A stretch of DNA of 64,000 bases from contig NC_134030.1 in assembly GCF_964204645.1 (NCBI RefSeq), positions 18,436,210-18,500,209 of the forward strand. The letters run 5' to 3'. The notes below the pieces were generated by a model. The model saw nothing but the letters and a program-made list of their open reading frames with translations, did no database searches and was not told where the DNA came from. This document shows positions 39,001 to 58,703 of the stretch, piece after piece. Source of the stretch: Tubulanus polymorphus (taxonomy: Eukaryota > Animalia > Nemertea). Position numbers and translations under genes: made by a program. Every line of letters starts with the position of its first letter. The stretch's first letter is position 1.

Positions 39001-41087
39001 CATAGTTTTTTTAGTAGGGTTCTTTTAATATTTTGCCTATAAGCCATTTGATGGACACGTGGGGCGGGGCTTGCGATCTGCCGATGACGTCAGATGTAAA
39101 CAATAATATAACCACGTGCATCGCGCACATGTGTAAACAAACCTGGCAACAAATTAGATTTTTTGGCGCCAAAACTTTTTTGATTTTTTCTTTTGTCCAA
39201 TGATTTTTCAACTGGAGCCAACTGCTATGCCATTAGATTGTACAATCAAGTATTCACGTTTTATAGACTCTCTCTGAAATAATTCTTGTCCAGGGGACAT
39301 GTATTGAAATATCTATTGTCGTTGTTTTTGTTTTTTTTTTTATTTTTAGGATATAAACAGCCTAGAAGAAACATCATCTGGCAGACACACATTTGACTAC
39401 AGATCATATCCTGTTATAAAATGTGTTTAATAAATATTTTACTCAAGTTTTCCTGACTACTTTTATTTTATGGTTATCTAAGTACAAGGCAAACATAGGT
39501 GGGGTTCCTTTGGCCCTCCGAATATATAGGACCAAAAGGGGTATTTTATGCCATTTGGATTTATTTTTGCTTAGAAAATTTATTCAAATACTTTTTGGCG
39601 GGCAAATTCAAATTCTGAAGGGTAGGACTAGTCCAACCCCTAAATCCGCTTGTATTCAGTCTCAACGTTAAAACCTTCACCGGCTTCCTACTCAATTTTT
39701 TGAATAAATGTAAAACTTATTGCAGTATTTATGGTTGATTTCTCGATTTTTGAATCCCAGAGAATAATTTTTGAATTACGCAGTAGGATGACACTTAGCC
39801 GGTATTCAAATTTTCCAATCAATGTGGGAGGTGTCTAGGTCTATATGCGTTTCACAAACGAACGTCCTCTTTTAAAGTTTCTTTCTAGTTTTACTTATAT
39901 ACTGGGTTTTCTGATTATTTGAAAACATAGGTCTGTAGGGCATAATCTCTTCTTTCTAGCAATATACAACTTGCTATGTTTATGTTAACTCAGTGATGTG
40001 TATGAGTCAAATTGCGGCGATGCGCGTGTCCTTTCAGAGATAGGCCTATTATTGAGTTCTTTAATCCTTGACATTCGTAGGCTGGCTTAATCCATTCATG
40101 TATCAAGTAAAGTAACACATCGATTCTATAACTCTCTTAGGCCTATAACAGAGCAAGTGAAAAGCCAAGCAAGCTGATTAATTCAATTCATCAACAACAT
40201 GCACCTAGTCGTTGCTCGAATTGAGACATGAAGATATATTTGCCGATAATCTAAAAATAATAAAGAAGGCCTTCTCCCAAAATTAAAGTTAACTATTATT
40301 TTTATATAGCCTAGGTATTGGTTCATCTGTTGCCGAGGGAAATGGATGCCCCAGTGACTCCAGATGATGGCCAACAGGTATGCCAAGTCAGGTTCTTGCT
40401 GATTTTGATTGGATTTTATTCCGGAAACTAATCCGTGCATGCATGTGAAACTGATATAGGCCTATATTGTATGATTTATTTTTATAGGATGTTCTCGAGT
40501 CATGTTCAAGGCCGATGCAAAGCCCTCGCAGCAGTAAGGTATGAAAAATAAGTCCTATTTTATCTCCCTGAATTAGTTGGTCTCTAGGAGAAATACCACT
40601 GCTATTCAATGAATTATTCACTTATTTTTCATAGGATGTTCTCACGCCATCATCGGAGTGTCAACTAGGCCTAAGTGTGACACCGAGCCCTCGCAGCAGT
40701 AAGGTATGAAAAATCAGTCCTGTTTTATCTCCCTCAAAAAGCGTGTCTGACGGATAAATGTATTTTAACGGCAGAGAAGAATTTAATCAGCAGTATTTAA
40801 TGTTTCCCTTTTAGAATTCTAAAAGGAAAAGCCATTTCGGAACGAAAAGGGTGAATAAAAAGATGAAATCAAAAATTGAAAAGATGATAGCATCAAGTAA
40901 GTATAATAATTCACAAGTTGTGTTCAAATTCTACTGTTAAAAAAGTTGAAGCTGCTTGGGGTTTGGTTCGATTGAATGCTTAGATGTGTATCTCGTCACT
41001 TGGTAATATAATTGATTTGGGCAATAAAAACATTGTGTTACCAACTAGATAATATCAATCTTTTTCACACGCAACTTATTGTATGTG

Positions 41088-41239
<152 letters not shown>

Positions 41240-42286
41240 AATTGTTGATATTACAATAAATTCTGTAACTCTAGCATAAAATGTACCTGCCCAATTATGG
41301 TGTTTGTATCCCTAAGAATTAAAAATCCTAGGATCTATGTTATGTAGTTTACTTAATTTATCATTTGTACAGCCTTACCCCAAGATATTATGTTAATTTA
41401 TTCTGGTTCAATACAATAAAACTATGTTTTCTTTAAAAGTTAGATTGTGGTGGTTTCTGTTTTCTTTTGAACTTTGCTCTTCAAAAATTGCTATGCATGG
41501 ATTACATACATATAGTCAAACCCATTATCCAGATCTTTTTGATTGACCAGTAAAAGATTTAGGCCTACAGTAAAATCCAAGCAATGTCATAATCTAGATA
41601 AATGGTTCTTGTTATAAAGGTGGATCATAGATATCTGAATCAAATGATCAGGATGTAATAGGTTGGCTATAGTATGAAATGCCAGAGCAAGGACGTTTAT
41701 TCCAATTTCTGCATGTAATGTTCCATTAGAGACCGTTTGAACATCAGCTGTTGAGTAGTGTACAAAAAACGGCCATTTGGAGAAAACAACCCCATTCATC
41801 ATTGAACGGTCCATTTAATTAGGTAAGTAATAAACATGAATGGTAAGTTGATATTCTTTCTACTGCACATAATCTGTAGCTTTGAAACATAATACACAAA
41901 TTCTAAGTGACCAATTAATATAATTTAGATACTTGATGAGACGAGAAGTTACACAATATCTGTGTATGATGAATAATGAACGAAATCCCACAATAAATTC
42001 AGCCAAAAATGAAAATTTCTATATTTAAATGATTACATTATATATTATATTATAGATATAGTCATTTTATTAATAGAATAAATTTTCTCAAACTCAAATC
42101 TGGAATTCCAATTTAAATACATTATCTGTATAAAATTACACTTGGATCATCACCTATTCCTGGTTCAATTCAAGACTGATTGGAAGGCATTAGTCTCCTG
42201 TTAAATACAATCTTTGTTTTAGTAATAAATATTTGTTTATCTACAGTGTACCACCTGAATGTTTATCGAATGATTGCTTTGTCTAG

Positions 42287-44788
42287 GAAAATGCAGAAGA
42301 AATCTTCCTACGTGCGAAAACGCGGAGCTGGTCGAAAATTTTGACAAAGAAGACGTAGAAGACCTTGCTGCACCATTGGATCCGTTGCTACCTGTTAATT
42401 CCGCATCAGATACACAGTCAGCAGTTCTAAAAAAAAAATAATCACAGAAAAAGATACAGAAATCAATCAATTGGAAAAGGAGATAGACACATTAAGATCG
42501 CATTGTGCAGAAGCAGACATTAGGCAAATAAGTCACGCGCAGGAAATTACAGAACTTTTAACGAATTTAAATCAGCTGAAAAATGAAAACAATGAGCTTT
42601 CTCGTCAGTTAATTGAATGCAATGTCAAAGTTCTCAAGCTTCTAGGTCAAATAATAAGATCATTGAAGTTAAAACGAGTGATGAAAAAACTGGGATTTTT
42701 AAAGGCAGTAAACTCAATCATCCAATGTCAGCCGCTTCCTACTGTAAATTAGAAACCCCAACAATTCAATCCAGCAAAGCTAAAACAAGGACACTTGATG
42801 AAAGAGCTTCTAAAATTAAAACTGTATGTGAAATATTATCATCTTGCCCGCGGGAAGATGATGAAACTGCATTTACATTAGGGCATATGATAAGTCGTTA
42901 CCCACAGTTGCTATCCAAAGCCTTAGAATACGCAAATTACAATTTATTCCGAACACTGACTAGTGATGAAGCAACCGAAATCAAACTAGCTCTACGGCTT
43001 TCTATGAAGCAACTTCCTAGATTTGAAACGCCTCACAACTAACTTTCCCACTAATTCCCATATTCCCATCAGCTAATGAGATCCGAAAAGAACTGCAAAT
43101 TATCTCCCATTCATTGTCAAGGGAACTGAGGAGATGGAGATGAACTCAAGGACTCGTGAAAAGAAATCAGTGCCATTTGTAATTGTAAACGACGTAATTG
43201 GATATGTCGAAAACAGCGTGCAGAAACTAAATTCAAACTATTCGCTTATTCATTCCAAACATTTTCATAATGAGATTTGGTTAAAAGTAGGTGTTGATAA
43301 GGGCGGAGGCAGTACAAAGATGGTATTTTCAATTATCAATGGACCGAGTCCAAATAGTCCAGATTTTTCGGAATTGATAGGGTATTTCGAGGCAGTTGAT
43401 ACAACTGATAATCTGAGATTGATCTTCGGCCGTTTTAGAGACCAACTTGAAAATATCCAGAGTAATGAAAACGTTTGTATCGATGGAATAAACCGCGCGT
43501 ATAGAGTTTTTTTATAATGGCGACATCCATTATTCGTGTCAGCTGATGGGGCACCAAGGCTCCACGGCATCTTTTCCTTGCCTGTGGGGCTTGATTCCAC
43601 TCGAGGACTTAAGGAAAAAAATTGGCGAACCTCACAGCCCTCATGTTAAACGATACCAACTGCGGGATATTCAGCATTACATAGAAAACGCAAACCATAT
43701 CACAGATAATCTTCATGTTATCGGACCAAAGTCATTTAGCATAAATGGAAGAATGCTATTTCAGCCATTTGACATGGGTCATCTGGTTATCCCCCCGTTA
43801 CATATTTCATTAGGTTTCGGTCTCAATTTCTTTGAAATCCTCGAAAAAAGATGTCAAGCATTAGACGAGAAAACATTGAATAATCGAGATCCGCAATTCC
43901 GGGAAAAATGGCAGAGCGCGTCTAAGGAAGTTTCATTACTAGAAAATGAACTGACGGAAAAGAAAGAAAAAATGAGAGATTATCAGAAAACGATCGACTT
44001 ACTTAAAAAGGCCAAAAAGCATCGTTCAACTCCATTCCGATGTGGTGCACCGATATGTGTGATTCGGGACATTCCTAATCCATCTGGCGAGTTTTGTTTC
44101 TGTTTCACCTGTGATAATCCGTATCACGTGTCGCGTGTCAATTCTATTTACGCTCCGTCTCTTGATTTCATTACCCATTTTCAGTGCGTAGATTGTGCAT
44201 CAGGTGTAACAAAGTCTGTCACCGCTGCAAAATTGCTAAAAGAACAAGAATCGGACATGATGAAACTGAAAGACATAGATATTCCATCAATTAATATATA
44301 CAACTTGCTCCCCGAAAAAAGAAACTTTCAGAAATCTATGCACAAATTCAAACCCAAATGGGCCCATTGCAACTCGATCTGAATAAAAAGTTGAATGCTA
44401 TCGGGTGCGATCGCCAAGCATATCACTCAAATTCGTTCGTAGGGAACCATATTCATAAGTTATTTCTTATAGATACGAACAAAAACATAAACAATCCAAA
44501 TAAACTGCTTTCAGTATTAGACGCATATCCAGATGAGAAAAGGGTACTCTTGCAATTATTCGAAAAGTTTGAGGAACTTTATTCATTGTATACTGCATGC
44601 CGTTTTCTTATAAAATCTGGAACATGGTATATCAAAGCATGGAGCTTGGGGGTTATTGTTTCGTTTGGAAAATTCGCGGGGAACCATATACCAAAATCTC
44701 TACACAGTTCATCCAGTTTATCAATTTCATCTTGTGAAAGAAAACGGCATGCAGTATACAATGAATAAAGTTCCTCAAACTTTTCGAA
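42287..44788 (+). pseudogene. Frameshifted RAG1/Transib/Chapaev-like DDE transposase with inserted PHD-like finger
   Basis: Ordered motifs across frames: IKLALRLSMKQL, WLKVGVDKGGGSTK, VFL/NGD, GHQGSTASFPCLW, IPPLHISLG, SFVGNH, and (inverted) ITPKLHALIYH. Multiple frameshifts; termini not found. Confidence 0.7.
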
Positions 44789-46159
44789 GACAAGGCAAGG
44801 AAGGTGACCCGGGTTCGAATCAAGTATGCAGACACCCATTTAGTTCAAATGCTCAAACCACACCTAGCGCACTTCAATTCAGGACAAGTGAACACGATCA
44901 ATCATTATCCACCGATGAGTTTGGAACAAGCCGGAACAAGCGATGCAGGATACTGGTCATCCTGTTATTATGCCAACGGTGTCTCGGTCATTTGTCTCTA
45001 ATAAAAAAAGAAGAATAGTAGGCCTCGGTAACACCAAACATAATATATCCAGAAACAGTTATTAAACCATTCCCTTGATGAAAACATTTTTCTTTTCAGT
45101 AATTGGTATTCCTGCCGCATTTCGTAACCACCGAATAATCAAACTCGATTAAAAAAACAACTCGCCGGCATGGTCACCTGGGGAGTGACAATGAACACTT
45201 TGAGATATAGCCGATCGTCGCCTCACGGGTGACTGAACTACTGACCTAAATGTCCGCTAGATAGCGAACTAGTCGAAGGTGGCGGCTCTAACTGCATTGT
45301 GGCATGCTTTAGGGCTGTCTTACATTCGATGAAATGCCCAAACCGTGGTACTTCACGAAATTGCACAAAAATTCCACGAAATGTCGAGAATTTCATTTTT
45401 TTTCATTTCCTGCTTGATGGGTTCTCAGGTCTCCGGTAGATGCCGCTACCTCAGATGAGAAATATAAGGCCTTTGTGATGGTTTTGTCCGTGCGCAAAGA
45501 CGCGATCACGGCAATCGCGGTCGTTGTTCGATATGAATGAAGCGTACATGCGTATTTGTTTCTTTTTAATAGCCAAGATATAATTACTTGAAATTCACTT
45601 ACTTCATTATTTATCGAGGTCAGAAATGAGAATTACCGAGATTGTACACATCATCGCAAAATCACGTTCTTGTTTCATCCAAATACATTTGAATATCATC
45701 AAAATATTGTGATACATGAATGTAAGTTGTTTGAATTTTTGACGCAGTAAAAACCGTTATAATAATGTTTATATACATTGATTCCTAGTATGCGTCATGG
45801 GTTCTGTGTGAGTGGATGTGCACTACGTCATCAATGTTGGCATTTTAAGATAACAATGACAATGGTGACTTTTGGCAATTATTTTGTAACTAAATATATT
45901 TCAAAACTCTACATTTTTTTTCGATGAATTTTGACAATCATTTTTTAGGGGATGAGTGATACGTCAGACAATATATCGGGGTTAGACTGGTTGCCAGTCA
46001 ATTCAATTCAATTATTGATATTTTCAAAACTAAAACAACTATATTGGTCCTTGATGTTACATTGTATATAATCAATGTCGTGTTAAGTTCTTTTTTTATT
46101 GTCGACAGAATAAATCAATGCGTGTGTTGTTTTCAAGGTGACAATGGACTTTTTAAGTT

Positions 46160-46680
46160 TTACTTGTTAATTAGTTTTAGACCCGTGGTATGGCCGCGCG
46201 ATAAAATTTCTAGCTCCGCAACCAAGGGCCTAGAGCCCTTTTTTAATGTTTCCTATTTGTAGGAGACCCTCCCCGGGTCCCTGAGAAGTTTCAGAGCCCT
46301 AGGGCCCCTATTAAGGTAGCGCAAGATGTTAGAAGGGGGGTCGTTTTTTAGGTCTCAACTTAGTGCATTTTCGCCTATATTAGACGCTCATTTTTGCGGT
46401 CTGGTCAGGGTCCGCCCATGCCCAACGGACCCCCGCGCCCAGGGTTTTAATGGTTCTGTATCATCTACAGTGCCCCTTCTAAATACCCGACAAGTTTCAG
46501 AGCCCTAGTGCCACTATAAGGGGTCGAGCGAGTCCCAAGAAAGTGGTCGCGATAAAGTTTCTGGCTCCGCAACCAAGGGCCTAGGGCTATCAAGGTCGGG
46601 TGGGATGCTAGAAGGGGTCGGTTTTCAGGTACCAACTTAGTGTATTTTCGCGTATAGACGCTTATTTTTACGGTCTGGTC
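46160..46680. mobile_element. Interspersed GC-richer repeat with two internal direct units
   Basis: cgcgataaa..tttct.gctccgcaaccaagggcctag at ~46196 and ~46548; caacttagtg.attttcgc at ~46357 and ~46633; aagtttcagagccctag occurs twice. Confidence 0.5.
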
Positions 46681-47004
46681 TTTATTAAAATCATATCTGT
46701 ACTAATAGGAAACATTACTGCCAAGTCAGGGTTTTGAACAGTCACTCAGATATTGTGACCCATAAATCAAAGCAAACAGTTCAGACTCAACTTGTAATTG
46801 TCTAAAATAACTTTCACGTTTATTTTGATGCTCAAGATATAAATTACTAGATTTCCGATAGATGGCGCATGCGATACATAATCAATTGCCAATAGTCGCT
46901 ATTAGCTATTCCAGTAATTTAATAGTTCAACAAAACTCCAACTGATACAATCACTCAACATGTAATTAGAAAATATCGTCAACATTTATTCATGAGTACA
47001 TTAT

Positions 47005-47325
47005 AAGTTTTTGAAACATTAAAAGCTTTTGATTTGAAACATTTAAAGTGTTGAAACATTGAAAGCTTTCGAAACATTGAAAGTTGTTGAAACATTGAAA
47101 GTTTTTGAAACATTAAAAGTTTTTGAAACATTGAAAGTTGTTGAAGAAACATTGAGAGTTTTTGAAACATTAAACGTTGTTGAAACATTTACAGCTTTTG
47201 AAACATTGAAAGCTTTTGAAACATTGAAAGTTTTTGAAACATTGAAAGTTGTTGAAACATTGAGAGTTTTTAAGACATTAAAAGTTGTTGAAACATTTAT
47301 AGTTGTTGAAACATTGAAAGTTAGT
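47005..47325. repeat. 18-bp minisatellite (tgaaacattgaaagtttt)
   Basis: Tandem repeats; the ORFs at 46979 and 47059 are by-products. Confidence 0.92.
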
Positions 47326-48048
47326 TAACATTTAGTTAATCATTTGTAGTAATAATAATTTCATGCAAATTTTCCCTCAAGCGAAAATGTTTACATCAAT
47401 TTAAAATCAGACACTTATAAGAAAAATATCAACTTTTCCTCAAATCGAATATAATTGTTATTATTAATAAGTAAATATTGATTATTAATGCCACGAAAAA
47501 GCTTGTATACAAATGAAAATACATGATGTTAAAATAAGTTCTATAGAAAAAACTGTAGATTTTAGGTCATGGTTCTCATTGTAAGTCATGGGGTTCAATT
47601 CACCTCGCCTTCCCCTGCCTGACCACTGCCTGCCGCCTGCTGATTGATTTGCATAGTCACGTGATTATTCGATACAAAGCATCGTTGGAGATGTATGACG
47701 TCACGATGGATTAGTTACTGTGACGTCACGCGATGTAGAATGACGTCATGGGTATCTATGACGTCACATAGCGTATAACACCATGTGATATTAACATGCA
47801 CGTCACGTGATTAATAAACATTTGACGTCACACTATTTCAGATGCTCGATGTGATGTGTTAACAGATTGTGTTATTAAATTGTGAATTCAGTAGTTTATT
47901 ATGATTTCATACCATTGTCACTGGGATTCAGTTTTTTCTTTTCATTTTCTTCGGTTTCATCCTGGAAAATATCGAATATATGAATATAGTCGCCAGGCAA
48001 CGATAACAGGTGCCTTCGCTGTAATCGAGAATGAACTAAATTCATGAC

Positions 48049-51000
48049 TTAATGATTTCGTGTATTTACTATAAGTTGAGGATTGGATGATGAAGTAATT
48101 ACCGGCGGTACTCTGATCGGGGTTCGTTTGCCTCCACATTTATAAAACAGTAATTTCCCTCCGACGACGATAAACGAGAAAATAACCATCACAGTAAGAA
48201 TGATCATAATACCAGCAAAATGGTGAATAGTTAACGGTTCAATTTCATCTTTATCTTCCTTGGTAAACACTTGACATTTACCTCGCTGTCTCAACCAACT
48301 ATAGAAACATAAATCATATATTACTTCTGTGTCAAATCTACAGTTCTACATTAATTTGGGTTTATGCAGTTCCACAGTTTTGTGGGTAAGGTTTGACTCT
48401 GAATCCAGTTCCACAGTTGTGCGAGTTGAATTCTACTGTGCACCCGGTTTTAGAGTTGTGGTGGGTTTAATTTAACTGTGGCCTCGGACTAAGTTTAAGT
48501 TGAATTCACTAATTCATGGCCTGATCGACCTTGCCTTCACTCAATAAAGCTTGCATCGCGTTTTGTATGTCAGATTTTAGCACATAACCTCGACGCATGG
48601 CGAACGCTAATGGTTGAATATCTACCAGAGATGTAGAAACCATCAGATCACATCTATCTGCTCGCCCTGTTTATACAAACAATCCGTTATTAGGCTGAAA
48701 AAATTGATACCTTGTTTCTCCGCTCTGCTGAGCTTAAATGTTGACCCGGCCGGCCGCCTATCTACCCTATACATTACTTTTTTTAAAAATCGTGATCAAT
48801 TTTACCATAACAGACCCGGCCGCTATAGAAATGAACTGTTTACAAATTTTATCATATTTTACAAAAATGACCCGGCCGCTGCGGAGAAACAAGGTATCAT
48901 TTTTGTTTAGCTTTAAAATATTAAAATATTACTTAAATCTTACTCCCATATAGAACAAACAATAGAAAGTGACTCAAACAAAGACCAATATTCCATTGGA
49001 CCACAAAAACTGAAATCTGTTTTCGTCACATCCATGAAGCTATAAATGTAACAAGGTGACATCTAATTGAATGTCGTTTTATATATTAATATCAATTCTA
49101 TATGATATTCTAATATTACTAATGTTTCAATATTTCATTATTTGTAACTTATATTATTTCGAATATTCATGCAGTATAGAAACATATCTAACACTGATGG
49201 AGTTGATGATTTATAATTTCTGTGTCAGGCGTTTGGGATTAGTATCAAAACATCCTCTGAATGCTGATCACCATGAAAATAATGTTTGTTCCGCAATATT
49301 TTTATGAATGTTTACTGTCAATGTTGTCTCTTTAGAATCTTAACCAGGCAACGAATTTCCACCAATTATACTGTGATCAATCTATTTTTTGCCATATCAG
49401 AAGAACCGGTTTGTGAGATGATTTTGGGTCACATTTGTTTTCCAAAATTCACAAATTAAAGACCGCAGTGTTTTGTATATGAATATTTCTTCACTTTTTT
49501 TATTAGGTTTCGTTCCCCTGGGACCCGCTATAATCACGGTGCGATAATTAACTTGTATTTGACGGTCATTATGACGCGTTGTGAGGTCATGTTTATTTTA
49601 CCTGCTGCGTAATAAAGACGAACCCAGTTACTGATGAATATTCTAGTATCAGAATTCGTATTGTTCTCTACTGTTGATATTCCTTCAATCGCTGATTTCA
49701 CTGTTTTCCATTTAATCGAGTCCCCGCTCTTCAGAACATGTTGAGCTCGATCTTCAAAATATAACTCAGTGGCGCCGTCTTTTATCAAGAATATCTCATT
49801 GCCTTGTTCTCTTTGCGTTGTTTCTAGTTGTTCGAATGTATTGATTTTCGGGTAGTTCTGTTCGGTGAGGAAGTTCGCTAGATTACCCGTGTAACAGCCT
49901 ATAACTATCAGCGCGAAGAAGAAGTAAAATGAGCTGAACACGCGCATGTGCAACCGAACCGGTTCATAGGGGGCGCCAGCTTGAATGATAGTACTGTACG
50001 AATACCAGAAACTCTGCTTCAGATCGCACCTGGTGTCCGGGTCGTTGTCCGCTCCGCTAGGATTTAACCGGTAGGCGGCGTAGTAAAAGATGGCGCTGGC
50101 GATCAGCGCGATAGCGAGGGCGAACCAAACTTTCAAATCAAACGGTTTCGCGAATCCGAACATGTTGTAATAGGAATGTTTCTTATACATGAATGATATT
50201 CCGTCGAATATGTAACCGTCAGTGAATTCAAAATCGGCTAAACGTTGTTTATTTGACGATATTCCACCGACCAGTATACTGACGTTAAACAACGAGTTTT
50301 GCTGCCAGAAAGAAAACAAAATACACATAAAGGTCGCGTGTGATTAATGAACTTAGGATCAAACCCGCTGAGACCCCTAACCGTGGAGTATATGCATTAA
50401 ATAGGAGTCTTTAAAGAGAATATTTTTGACGGGGTTAAGAGAAAAGAAGCACGAGTGCAAATAGGTCGAGGTTAGTATCACTGACACAAACAACACTTAC
50501 TAGATAACCAAATACTCCCGACCAATCACCTGTGTGCTCTAATTTACCGTATCTAGTAACGGGTAATAACTGGAATTTCACATGTAAACCTTGATAATCG
50601 CGGAGATAACGTTTTATCTTTTTCAAGATGTCGACGCATAAACCTTGAAAGTCAGATAAACTTCTCGTTCTATTGTCGTGTTTATAGTCGACTGTATTGA
50701 TAGTTTTATGAAAGATAAATGGCTCATCCTGAAATCACATTGAAATAAGACATCGCATCAATAATTATACCAAACTATCATACACGCCGGTGGATGGTCA
50801 CGAAGACTTACAAGTACTACTGTTATTCGTGCCCCTCCGCCCCCCTCCCCCGCTCAGCTACTGACCTGCCGAGGAGACTTACCAGTACTGCTGCTATTCG
50901 TGCCCCCCCCCGCTTAGCTACTAACCTGCCGAGGAGACTTACCAGTACTGCTGCTATTCGTGCCCCCCCCCCCCCCCCCGCTTAGCTACTGACCTGCCGA

Positions 51001-51136
51001 GGAGACTTACCAGTACTGCTGCTATCGTGATCGTTTTGACCTTATCTCGTTTTGCTGATTTGAACAAATGTGGTAAAGTTTTATCATTCGACAACCACAG
51101 TTTCGAGTCCAAAGGTTTAGATTGGTCGTTTTTTAC
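48049..51136 (-). CDS. Divergent ionotropic glutamate receptor / IR-like subunit (5' end unresolved)
   Basis: Exons 51136-51011, 50728-50501 (DEPF..FQGLCVDIL..YG..GDWSGVFGYL), 50301-49602 (M1, pore SFWYSYSTIIQAG, M3 CYTGNLANFLT), 48666-48510 (CDLM..LAFAMRRG..LLSEGKVD) and 48298-48049 (WLRQRGKC, M4). Phases 0,0,1,2 are consistent. Confidence 0.85.
48692..48913. mobile_element. MITE in an iGluR intron
   Basis: TIRs aggctgaaaaaattgataccttgtttctccgc ... gcggagaaacaaggtatcatttttgtttagctt; internal gacccggccg repeats. Confidence 0.65.
50803..51025. repeat. ~60-70-bp minisatellite carrying copies of the iGluR splice donor
   Basis: Unit gaggagacttaccagtactgctgctattcgtgcccccc...; on the minus strand each unit holds GCAGTACTG|GTAAGT. 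Confidence 0.85.
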
Positions 51137-51729
51137 CTGTTGATTGTTTATAATCTGTTCACGGCACGTTTGAGTGAAGCCGGGTTATTGTACTGTTCAA
51201 ACACCGGCAGTTGTAACAGCGATTATTATTCTCGTGAATTCGTTACAAACATATGCGGCATTACCGCGGACGAGATTACCCGAGTCTCCACGGGTATCTC
51301 TTCTCCCGGAGTCTCCCTCAATAGGGGCTCCTCCTCCGATGGAGCCTCCCTCTCTAGTGACGTCCACTCCCGGGACTGGCGTACGCTGAGTTGATATATA
51401 CATCTAAACCTTACCCATCCTAAACCTAACCCTCTAAATATTTCAATTAAAATATTTCGATGTTTTAGTTTTTAATTGATATCCGCCTTGATACAGCACC
51501 GTCAATGGACGGCATCCGGGAGGAGAAATGATCCTTTCATTCCTCAAATTGAATTAATTCAATGTAACAATAATGAAATATAGAAGGAAATAAAATCATT
51601 ATTATTCAAAAACCGCTGTTTTTCTGGTTAGTACAGAAAACAAAATACAACGGCTAGGGTTAGTACAGGTACAACACTGAGTTAGTCTCATTCAAGTTGA
51701 TCATACTGTTCGACTGTGTCTGTGTGAAT

Positions 51730-58068
<6,339 letters not shown>

Positions 58069-58440
58069 TCACCTCTTATCAAACAACAAATCAATTCAAG
58101 CTCTTTATATTCATCCTCATTATATCAAGTTTTATTTGATGTCATCTAGTTTTATGTTAAAAGAAATTACTTGTATTTTTTTAGAAGATTATGTTATAAT
58201 TTTGTATCATGAGATCTCTGACTTGATATTAATCAGATAGATGATAATTTCACATATTAACCTGTACATAGCATTTCTAATCTTCCTCTAATTAAAGAAT
58301 GTATCCAATTTGCAATGTTCTCGGGGATTAATTACATTTTCTCTTTGATTGCAACCTTCTTACCGAACTTCGCGAAACCATTCTACATTTCTAAACTCCA
58401 AGTTTCCAATTAGCAAAATGTATCGAAAACGGTTAAGATA

Positions 58441-58566
58441 TGTACAGACCCCTCCTATCGTAAATTGAACCCTCTTATTGTCAAAAGAGCCCTCCTATGG
58501 TAAATAGACCCCTCCTATTGTAAAAAGACCCCTCCTATTGTAAACAGACCCCTCCTATTGTAAATA
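58441..58566. repeat. ~21-bp minisatellite (agacccctcctattgtaaa..)
   Basis: About 6 tandem copies. Confidence 0.85.
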
Positions 58567-58667
58567 ATATTACATTGCAAATGATCTCGTTTATGTTTTC
58601 AAAATGTTTTTACTTTTCTCTAAATATATGTAAATATTTGTGTAAACAAAATTATTTTTGTCCTCAG

Positions 58668-58703
58668 CAATATTTCGACTATAACCTGATAGTCATCTTC
58701 AGG
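58668..58703 (-). ncRNA. Minimal hammerhead ribozyme-like core
   Basis: Minus strand reads CTGAAGA-T-GACTAT-CAGGTT-ATAGTC-GAAAT-ATT. Confidence 0.55.

Noticed and set aside
42287-44788. Domesticated RAG-like recombinase acting on the adjacent Ig genes
   Set aside because: Multiple frameshifts and loss of the C-terminal catalytic region; no RSS-like heptamer/nonamer pairs or segmented V/J-like exons seen.
46979-47328. Repetitive ORFs (FETLKV)n / (MFQKLS)n
   Set aside because: Translation of an 18-bp minisatellite; no splice or domain support.
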